A stretch of 64,000 nucleotides of DNA, taken from Lytechinus pictus. Its lineage: Eukaryota. The stretch is from the NCBI RefSeq assembly GCF_037042905.1, contig NC_087251.1, positions 9,116,001 to 9,180,000 of the forward strand, written 5' to 3'. Below are positions 54,632-64,000 of this stretch, one piece after another. The notes beneath the pieces were generated by a model that saw nothing but the letters and a program-made list of their open reading frames with translations, was not told the DNA's origin and searched no databases. Both the position numbers and the translations under genes were made by a program. Each line of letters starts with the position of its first letter. Position 1 is the first letter of the stretch.

Positions 54632-54797
54632 AGCAAAGGAGCCTGGTCATCATCATCATGATCATCAACTTCAAGCAACCAACCATAACCCTTATTCTGC
54701 AGAAACTGTGAGGCAGCATTTCCTCTTGGTCTAAGTTCTGGTTGCTCATTAGCTTTGTCGTAACTCATCTCCCCAAGATCCAGCTGCACATTCATAT
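54632..54797 (-). CDS. YIPF4: YIPF4 exon (MNVQLDLG...KGYGWLLEVDD...APLL)
   Basis: gtatccatag|AT ATG ... CT|gtaaga; GYGWLLEV motif; the ATG at 54795 may itself be the start (221 aa). Confidence 0.92.
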
Positions 54798-55259
54798 CTA
54801 TGGATACAAATTTATAAATCAGCAGAAATTTGAAACACATTCCAAAAAGAGGATGAAAATTTTCTATCATTATTGCAGCTGTTTTTTTCTTTACGAATTC
54901 AAAGTTTCCTCTCATTGGCTGAATTGTGTTCCTGCATCATGTCTTTGATGTCACAAGCGTGCATGCACACACAAAAAACATTGACTGAGCTGTGATTTCA
55001 AAGCTTGTCCATACAAAAATGTTAAGAAGCCGCCAAGCCAACCTCTCATATTGCGATATTACAACTATCATCTCCACTGTCCAAATGATACGAGCACAAG
55101 CAATGTATTTTAAACTTAATCTTGATATCGAGCAGGTTTGCTAGGATAGTGCATATAGAGCCTTGGAATCTCTTGGGCAATCTGACATGATATAATTGTC
55201 TCTCACTCTTCCTTTTTCAAAATACATGTAAAAAAATAAAACATCCAAACACAGATCAT

Positions 55260-55700
55260 TTTTGTCTCACCTGCATAGCAGAGTGAGACTATAGGCCTGG
55301 CGATAGCTGCGTCAACACCAAATCTTAACCAAAGGTTAAATTTTTGAAATGACAGCATAAATTAGAAAGGGTATGGACCTAGTTCATGAAACTTGGCCAT
55401 AAGGTTAATCAAGTATTACTAAACATCCTGCCTGAGTTTCAGGTCACATGACCAAGGTCAAAGGTCATTTAGGGTCAATAAACTTAGACCATGTTGGGGG
55501 AATCAACATCAAAATCTTAACCTAAGGTTAAGTTTTTAAAATGTCATCATAACTTAGAAAATATATGGACCTAGTTGATGAAACTTGGACATAAGGTTAA
55601 TCAAGTATTACTGAACATCCTGCCTGAGTTTCAAGTCACATAACCAAGGACAAAGATCATTTAGGGTCAATGAACTTTGGCCAAGTTGGGGGTATCTGTC
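55260..55700. mobile_element. HINE-like element, opposite orientation, truncated
   Basis: Begins ttttgtctcacctgcatagcagagtgagactatag. Confidence 0.85.
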
Positions 55701-55922
55701 GAACAGGGTGACCAGATTTCTCAAAATGAAATACGGGACAATCGACAAAGCACGATGCCCGAGCGGATCGACCAAGTCGGATCGGCCGAGCCAGGTCTTG
55801 ATAAAAAAATTCAACAAAGAAGGCTACACAATGTTAGACTTGTAAAATATAAGGGAGGGTGAACAAAACAATGGAGAGAAAGAAAAGAGAAAAGAAAAGA
55901 AATGAATTGAGAGGAAAGAAAG

Positions 55923-56950
55923 AACAAGTGGAACGCCTCTGGCAGTCTCGCCTGCATTACGCAATTTGATATAGCAGCAGTGCTGACTTTGAAAACAGCT
56001 ATTAACTAATTATTCACAAAAGAATAATATGTCCATTGACCCAAGATGACCTTTGACCATGATCATGTGACCTAAGATATGTGCAAAACAATCATTTATA
56101 CTTGATTACCTTTATGTCTATGTTTCATGAACTACATGTGTAGATCCATACACTTTCTAAGTTATGATGCAAATTCAACAAATACACCCAACACGGCCAA
56201 AGTTCATTGACCCTAAATGACCTTTGATTTTGATCATGTGACCAGAAACAAGCCCAAGATATTCAGGGATACTTGGTTACTCTAATGTCCCAAGTTTCAT
56301 GAACTAGATCTATAAACTTTAAAGTTATGATAATTCCACCAATACCCACCATATTATCAAAGTTCGTTGACCCTCAATGACCTTTGACCTAGATCATGTG
56401 ATATGAAACTTGCACAAGATGTTCAGGAATACTTATTGCTCTTACGTCTAAGTTTCATGAACTAGATCCATAAAATGTCAAAGTTATAATGACAATTCCT
56501 CAAATACCCCCAACATGGTCAAAGTTTGTTGACCCTAAGTGACCTTCGACCTTGGTCATGTGACCTGAAACTCAGGCAGGATCTTCAGTTATACACTATC
56601 ACCCTTATGTCCAAGTTTCATGAACTAGGTCCATATACTTTAGAAGTTATGATGAAATTTCACAAACTTAACCTTGGTTAAGATTTCGATATTGATTCCC
56701 CCAACATGGTCTAAGTTCATTGACCCTAAATGACCTTTGACCTTGGTCATGTGACCTGAAACTCAGGCAGGATCTTTAGTAATACTTGATTACCCTTATG
56801 TCCAAGTTTCATGAACTAGGTCCATATACTTTCTAAGTTATGATGACATTTCAAAACTTTAACCTTGGTTAAGATTTCAATGTTGACGACGCGGCCGTCG
56901 TCAGAAAAGCGGCGCCTATAGTCTCACTCTGCTATGCAGGCGAGACAAAA
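55923..56950. mobile_element. HINE-like element, complete
   Basis: Both termini plus about 5 internal units. Confidence 0.85.
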
Positions 56951-57448
56951 ATGAAGGGGAAAATAAAATGAAGTAAAGAAAATGAAAAAAAGGTAAAAGA
57001 AAACTAGAATAAAAGAAAGATGAAAGAAAGAATACAATAAAAAAAAGGTTTCTGTCATTCTTTGAATTGAATAAAGAAAGAAAGAAAGAAAAAGAAAGGA
57101 AGGGAAGATGAATGAATGTGTGAAAGAAAAAAACAAGAGAAAGGAAAAAAGAAAGTAAGTAAAAGGAGGAAGAAAGAAAGAAAAAGAAAAATATGAAAAG
57201 AAAATTTAAAAACAGGGTGGGAGGAAGGAAGGAAGGAAGAAATGAAGGAAGGAAGGAAGGAAGGGAAAAGAATTAGAAGGTGAAAAAAGAATGAAAGAAA
57301 TGATGAGAAAGAGGGAGGAAAGAATGAAGGAAGGAGAAAATGAAGAAAAAAAAGAAAATAATGGAAGGAGAGAAAGAATGAAAAGAAAAAGGAGAGGAAG
57401 GGAGAAGGAAGCAAAGAAAAGTTTGAGGAATGAAATAATGAAGGAAAT
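56951..57448. repeat. Polypurine low-complexity tract with (GGAA)n
   Basis: Direct reading. Confidence 0.9.
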
Positions 57449-58417
57449 AAACAAGTGGAATGCCTCTGGCCGTCTCACCTGCATCACGCGATTCAATATA
57501 GCAGCGGTGCTGATTTTGAAAACTACTATAACTCGCACAAGATGTTCAGTGATACTTGGTTACTCTTATTTCCACGTTTTATGAACTAGACCAATACACT
57601 TATAGAGATATGATGGCAATTCAACAAATACCCCCAACGTGGCCAAAGTTCTTTGACCTTACATGACCTTTGACCTTGATCATGTGACCTGAAACTCGCA
57701 CAGGATGTTCAGTGATACTTGATTACTATTATGTCCAAGTTTTATGAACTAGACCAACACACTTTCAAATTTATGGCTGTAATTCAACAAATACCCCAAT
57801 TTGGCCAAAGTTCATTGACCCTAAATGACCTTTGACCTTGATCATGTGACCTGAAACTTGCACAGGATGTTCAGTAAATACTTGATTACTATTATGTCCA
57901 AGTTTCATGAATCAGATCCATAAACTTTCAAAGTTATGATGGTAATTCAACAGATACCCCCAATTTGGCCAAAGTTCATTGACCCTAAATGACCTTTGAC
58001 CTTGGTCATGTGATGTGAAACTCATGCAGGATGTTCAGTGATACTTGATTAACCTTATGTATAAGTTTCATGAACTAGGTCCATATATTTTCTAAGTTAT
58101 GATGACATTTCAAAAACTTAACCTTAGGTTAAGATTTTGATGTTGATTCCCCCAACATGGTCTAAGTTCATTGACCCTAAATGACCTTTGACCTTGGTCA
58201 TGTGACATGAAACTCAGGCAGGATGTTCAGTAATACTTGATTGACCTTATGGCCAAGTTTCATGAGCTAGGTCCATATACTTTCTAAGTTATGCTGTCAT
58301 TTCAAAAACTTAACCTCAGGTTAAGATTTGGTGTTGACGCCGCCGCCGCCGCCGTCGCCGCCGCCGTCGGAAAAGCGGCGCCTATAGTCTCACTCTGCTA
58401 TGCAGGTGAGACAAAAA
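57449..58417. mobile_element. HINE-like element, complete and young-looking
   Basis: Both termini, ~163-bp units, (GCC)n near one end, CpGs preserved. Confidence 0.88.
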
Positions 58418-58567
58418 GGAAATTTGAAAAAGAAGGAAAGTAAGAGAAAGGAAAGAAAAAAAATGAACAGAGAGAGAGAGAAAGGATCAGGAAAGAAAGC
58501 TAAGAAAGAAAAAAAATTAAGATAGATGAAACCAAGAAAAGGCAAGGATGGATAAGATAGAAAAATG

Positions 58568-59245
58568 AACAAGGCAAAAGCGATTTTGTATCTCGCCCAC
58601 TTATGAAAATAACCAGAAATATCGTGATTTGCGAGGGCACGCAACAAAATTGTATCAAAACTTCATTGTGAAATGACTGGGATGGAATAACACTTGTCAT
58701 AAGAGTCTTTCACGTAAACTTTAATGTTTACCTCAAAATGAACTTTGACCATACCATGTGACCTCCCTACAGCATGCAGGTCCCCTAATTACATCTACCA
58801 TCCAAGTTTGGTTGATTTACGGTTGCAGAGATATGTGTCATAAGAGAGTCTTGCACGGAAACTTTAACGTTGACCTGAAAATGACCTTTGACCTTACCAT
58901 GTGACCTGACTGCAGCATGACATGCAGGTCTCAAAACTTCATGGACAATCCAAGTTTTGATGAAAAGTGACTTGCGGTGTGGAGTTGGGTGTCATAAGAG
59001 AATCTTACATGTAAACTTTAACGTTGACCTGAAAATGACCTTTGACCTTACCATGTGACCTCCGACTGCAGCATAACATGCAAGTTGCCTAAGTACATCT
59101 AGCATCCAAGTTTGGTAGAAAAGTGATTTACGGTTGCGGAGTTAGGTGTCATAAGAGTCTTGCATGTCAACTTTAATGTTGACCTGAAAATGACCTTTGA
59201 CCTTACCATGTGACCTCCGACTGTAACATGACATGCAGGTCCCCT
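58568..59245. mobile_element. Second HINE-like family with ~155-bp internal repeats, truncated
   Basis: aacaaggc start; units containing gttgacctgaaaatgacctttgaccttaccatgtgacc. Confidence 0.7.
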
Positions 59246-59744
59246 TAGTGTCCAATATTTCCACTGTATAGACTTTGGTAGACCGTATTTATTGACAAAC
59301 GAACAAAGCTTGTACTGCTTGTTTCGTTCAAGGTATGTAGATTTTTTTCAATTTTTTTTATTAGTAATCGTTTTAAGTTATTTGCAAAAAAGTGTTATCA
59401 TCGCCAATAATAATCTTGAATTATGTTTTTGAAGGTATTTCATATATTGGTGCGCATAATTAGTCAAGTAATCATAAAAATTGCGCATTCAAAGAATTTA
59501 GACACATCGGGCTTCCTTTTATTTCTGTAGAAGAGTATGATGGTGGTCCCTAAGTCTATGCACCTAACAATTTGAGTAAAGATTTACATGTAACATAATT
59601 TTTTTTTTTTTTCACAAATCTTTCAGATAATTTTTCTTATATTATTATGAGTAAGTGTACCAAATATCTCATAAAAATTTGAAAGAAATATAGGATTTTC
59701 TTGGAAAAAACCTTGGGCACTCATTTTCAGATTGAAAAAAAAAA

Positions 59745-60578
59745 ATGGTACCCAATGTCTGCGCACCAGGCAAGATGGACACGCCCAAAGCTACATTAAG
59801 TAAGTCGAAAACTTACGCCACTGCTGAGTCACTGACTGATTTTAGACTGCATTTTGACAATTTTACTTCTAAAATCCTAGAAAAGTTAGATAACGTTATT
59901 TTCAGCATTTCCGATATCAGAGAAGAGATTAAAGACATGAAATCTACGATACATGTATCTATATTACAAGGAGCGGCAACTGATTCTGCGTCCCGTGTGG
60001 AAACCATTGAAAACAAAGTTATTCCTAAATTAATAAGAAAACAAAAAGAATGTGAGCAAAACCTGCACGACGCCATCATCGCACAGGAAATTCACGAGAG
60101 GAAAAGAAATTTGCTATTCTATGGTATCGAGAAAAAAACAGATGAAAACGTCGAAGAGATTATCCGGATCGTCATCGGATCTCTCGACCTACCAGCAACT
60201 AAGACGAGCAGGATGATGTTTAATAATGTCCATCGACTGCCTAGAAAGCCGAACAACGACATCAAAACGCCCAACCCCATTATCGCTCGATTTGTTTCGA
60301 TGTCCGACCGCGATGAAGTATTCAACGCTTTAGATAGGTTGCAGCGACGACCAAACGACGACGTAAGCAAGAGTCTTCGCAGCGATTACCCGCGGATCAC
60401 GATACGTTCTGACCTACCAGCTGAGCATAAAAAAATACGCTATCAACTTGAGAAAGAAGCCTATCATCTACGGAAAAACAAAAATGTGTCAACGAGAATT
60501 CGACTAGTTGGCGTAAAGCTCATACTCGAATCAAGACCGAAATCACAAAGCCTCACAACGTGGACTAAATATCCGTGA
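59745..60578 (+). CDS. LINE ORF1p-like protein (coiled coil, RRM, CTD), uninterrupted 277-aa ORF
   Basis: Heptad N-terminal region, RKRNLLFYGI, NVHRL, PIIARF..DRDEV and I.SDLP..R motifs typical of L1-type ORF1; no ORF2 follows. Confidence 0.75.
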   Translation: MVPNVCAPGKMDTPKATLSKSKTYATAESLTDFRLHFDNFTSKILEKLDNVIFSISDIREEIKDMKSTIHVSILQGAATDSASRVETIENKVIPKLIRKQKECEQNLHDAIIAQEIHERKRNLLFYGIEKKTDENVEEIIRIVIGSLDLPATKTSRMMFNNVHRLPRKPNNDIKTPNPIIARFVSMSDRDEVFNALDRLQRRPNDDVSKSLRSDYPRITIRSDLPAEHKKIRYQLEKEAYHLRKNKNVSTRIRLVGVKLILESRPKSQSLTTWTKYP

Positions 60579-61337
60579 GTATATGATCTTATCTTAGCTA
60601 GCTGCTGCTACCCACTTATCCTACGTACGAGGTTATTGAAATTTGTTTTTAAACTGAGACTCGCCATAAATCCGAACTTGAGTCAATCATCGACACCCAT
60701 GAATACGATTGATGACGGATAGTTTAAGCAATTTATACCTGATGCCATTTGGCGTCCCCAAATCTGTAACTTTTGCTCGGTGCAATAAATTATATGTTTA
60801 TATATTTGATAAAATTATCAGTGAACCATTAACTATATAACCTCATCTTGAAGTTAGTGGCCATGCACCGATTATAAAAAATCAATATTGAGAATTAGAT
60901 TCATGCTCTACTTGTAATATAATGAACATAGATCACCTTTGCATAATCTACTTCTATATCACTTGCTAGAAATGACCTACATGTATATTGTCATTAAAGA
61001 CTGGCAAGTCTTTTATCTTACGAACAAATTCATTAGACATTACCACTTCTGCAGTTTATGCAGGTATCATGTCAAAGCTTCAGCTTTAGTTTCACTAGGC
61101 TATCCTGACTGATGCAATATCTAATTCAGAATATGACATATTTTGATTGCAATATTTTCCACATGTTTAACCACACTGCCATGACTGCTTTCTTAATTTT
61201 CTATTGTAGTAGTACATTGTAATGAAGACATACTCATCTGTGAAATGATAAAATGTAATTATATAGTCTTTTCAATTCACTCAATTATCTGATGATAACT
61301 GACTTCTGGCCATGCTAGCGAACATGTAGTTTTAGTA

Positions 61338-61822
61338 GTATGATGGTGGGCCCCAAGTCTGCGCACCTAACAATTTGAGTTAAGATTTAACATGAATTTC
61401 TTCTTATTTCACAAAATCTTTTGGTTAATAGTGTTCCTTATATCATTAAGAGTAAGTGTACCAAATTTCTCATTAAAAAAAGAAAAAAAATATAAGAATT
61501 AAGATTTTCTTGAAAAAACCTTTGGGCAGTCATTTTCAGATTGAAAAAAAAATGGTACCCCATGTCTGCGCACTCATTCACTTTGCACACGATTCGGGGA
61601 TTTTGATGACAAAGGCTGCATTTTGAGGCCGTCACATGAAATGCCCTGAATTCATTATTTTTCCACCATTTTGAGTCAGATTTTTTTATGAATACCTGTC
61701 TATGTATTGCATGTGTAAAGTTCGTGCTCGTTGCGCATCTTCTTTTAGTTTTACTAGAATCGCGCAGATACGCGGGTGCGCAGACTTGGGAGACCGCGCA
61801 GACATGGGGGGAACTGACCATA
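61338..61822. mobile_element. MITE-like element with gtctgcgcac subterminal motifs (partial copy at 59535-59767)
   Basis: About 235 bp similar to 59535-59767; inverted gtgcgcagac motifs at the right end. Confidence 0.7.
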
Positions 61823-62047
61823 AGTCCATAGACATTACTACTTTACATGATAATTGATACCTAACTCAGAGTCAGAATCACTCTAGGCGACACCCCAATA
61901 CTTACCCGTGTTAATAAACTGGGACTCCACTCACGCACATTTGGGCCGCCCTAGCTTGGAACTAAGCATCAATATCAATTTAAAATATATATCTACAAGT
62001 TATGTATAACCTATTTACTACTTTGATAATGTTTAATCGGTACTCAC

Positions 62048-62126
62048 CAGTTCTTTCGATGTATTTTCTCAAGAATTCCCACGGATTTGTCCCAAATCTT
62101 GCGACAAACCACGTCGCGGTAGACAT
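62048..62126 (-). CDS. YIPF4: Candidate YIPF4 first exon (coding MSTATWFVARFGTNPWEFLRKYIERT, or 5'UTR)
   Basis: Strong donor CTG|gtgagt; 79 nt from the ATG, phase 1 joins 54797 in frame (248 aa in total); CpG-rich; peptide not recognisably conserved. Confidence 0.5.
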
Positions 62127-62129
62127 CTG

Positions 62130-62445
62130 TACATTCTTTTTTATTTATGAATAGAGCGCCCCTTACGATAGTTGTTAACAACGCGGCCAAATCGTTAGGT
62201 TTTTTGCACTGTGTCCATGGTGTTTTTATTTTGTTTTATTTTTTAATAAATATTTTGTTGAATAGCGATTTTTACGTCAAATATTAAATTTATATCACAA
62301 AATATTTTTATTTGTAGAGATATATATAATATCATGCAATTATTTATTCTATATATATTTTATAATAAAATTTATAATTGTTGCGGTCTTTAAAAAAGGA
62401 TAGTCGATAGATCAGGTGATGACTACACGTATCACGTGATCTGAA
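62130..62445. promoter_or_regulatory. Candidate bidirectional promoter; E-box TCACGTGA at 62432-62439
   Basis: Lies between outward-facing donor sites at 62047 (-) and 62525 (+); AT-rich core with CpG-rich edges. Confidence 0.5.
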
Positions 62446-62524
62446 AATCAGCTTCATACCGCTTTGATCGCACTCGACGGCGACTGGTCTGACTGCCAAG
62501 AAAAGATCGAAAAAGGACTCAAAT
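62445..62524 (+). other. Probable non-coding first exon of an unidentified + strand gene
   Basis: CpG-rich unique block ending caaat|gtaagt. Confidence 0.4.
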
Positions 62525-62761
62525 GTAAGTTTCCCTTTATTTTATTATATTCTAAGTAGAAATAAGATGATATTTAATGGGCAATCTTTTAATAAATGAT
62601 AAACAAACGAGAAAAAAAAATCGTATTTAGGGAGTAATATCATACTTTGGTGCAGGAAACAGTAACGGTTCTACTTCTAACCTGTTTTTAACGCATTGTC
62701 GCCTATGAGGTCCATACATGCTAATGTTTGGACCTCATTGGTACTAGGAGTGGTCAGAATA

Positions 62762-63219
62762 CAGTAGAGGCGCACGGCCAATATTGGAGACTGTCTCCAA
62801 TGTGGGAGATTATCTCCAATATCAGAGACTTTTGTAAAGAATTTGGGTATCCAATTTCAGAGACAGTCTCCAGTTTTGGAGTCCAATTTCCTTTGTTTAC
62901 ATTTGCTGCAAAAGGATTACCTTGGCGGCAAATAAAAATGTGATAAGCAGATTCCTGATGAAAAATTACCCCTTTTCACCGTCTACTTTAAATATTTACC
63001 GTCTACTTTTGTTTTGGTAAGGATTTTTGTTGTCAATCACACATGCACACAAAACAAATGGGCTTCTGACCTCGGTGAGACAAAATTTTGGGTGGAAAAA
63101 ATCATGCTTTTGTTGGTGTTGTTTCTTTTGTCCTTTTGCAAAGCAAGTCTCCAATGTGGGAGATTGTCTCCCCTATTGTATTGGAGAGAGTCTCCCATAT
63201 TGGCCGTGCGCCTCTACTG
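62762..63219. mobile_element. MITE with 5-bp TSD (hAT5-like)
   Basis: ~40-bp TIR CAGTAGAGGCGCACGGCCAATAT...; TSD gaata (62757-61 and 63220-24). Confidence 0.88.
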
Positions 63220-63239
63220 GAATATGGCATATTTCGATC

Positions 63240-63687
63240 TAGACCAAAAGCTTCGGTCTCTGTTATGTTGGTTGTTCAGCTGAACTCCGTTGGCTTCACT
63301 CACCAAATACAGAGACCGAAGTTCTAGCGCGATCTGTACAGGGGACTCAATGGCCATATGTTTATGTACTTAAGATCGGATAAAACGGGGAAGTGAATTT
63401 GCACGACAGCCGAGGTAAGTCACTGTTTTTGTTCCTTTTAACTTGATTTTTCTCCGTTTTTTGGCAATTAATGCCAAGAGGGAATATTAATTTGCATTTT
63501 GGTCGCGTTAATTTTCAAAATTTTTATTCATTAAAGACAAAAATTGAAGAGCCCCGACGGGGGGATTTTGCATTGCAAGTCCCCTAATGGTGGCTGCACG
63601 CTAGCGAGCCGTCTGTGTACGAGGAGAAATTTAAAAAAAAAAAAAAAGTTAAAAAACTCCTCGAAACAGACGGCTGCCAGCTGTCTA
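63240..63687. mobile_element. Non-autonomous TAG...CTA element (AcademH-like), copy 2
   Basis: TAGAC...GTCTA termini; perfect 9-bp TSD atttcgatc (63231-39 and 63688-96). Confidence 0.8.
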
Positions 63688-64000
63688 ATTTCGATCGCAA
63701 TATTTTTCACACTTTTTAAAAACTATACTGCATCCTCAATTGTATGTTGTGCAATTAAAAAAGGAAAATATTGCATCACATCTGTAAGATGATTCATACA
63801 TGTGGCTAACGTTAGATCACAGAGTTAGATCTATCTAGACTCTATCTGTAAAAAAAATCTCGGGGGAAAAAATCACAAACACGAAAATACATTCGTGGGA
63901 CACCCAAATAAGACAAACGCAAACGACCATGGTACGCAAACGTTGGTCATTCAGCCAGAAAATTATCATCAGAAAATAGTAACATCCACATACCGTTGTC

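Overview
AT-rich, repeat-dense animal genomic DNA. The repeat repertoire suggests an echinoderm or similar marine invertebrate (inference only). Two spliced host genes lie on the minus strand. (1) An SLC25A29-like mitochondrial basic amino-acid carrier: coding exons 23918-23885, 9699-9656, 8740-8657 and 7281-6568 give 291 aa, with a probable non-coding first exon ending at 29431. (2) YIPF4: exons 54797-54632, 53795-53624, 51276-51199, 46736-46623 and 45731-45594, with a candidate first exon at 62126-62048. A probable divergent + strand gene starts near 62.45 kb. The rest is mostly transposon-derived: Kolobok/T2-type TTAA MITEs, Helentron-associated (HINE-like) elements with ~160-bp internal repeats, hAT-, piggyBac-, Harbinger- and Tc1-like MITEs, AcademH-like elements including a RecQ helicase stub, tRNA SINEs, L1/Tx1 and CR1/L2-group LINE fragments, a Penelope element with an inverted hammerhead-bearing segment, and a near-identical 2.7-kb tandem duplication. 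The most striking unexplained pattern is about 40 TACATGTA octamers (plus TACTGTA, TAGGCCTA and TAGATCTA variants). Comparison of repeat copies within the window shows several are insertions at TA sites, and TACATGTA is absent from 25.2-40.1 kb. I saw no prokaryote-type systems such as CRISPR.
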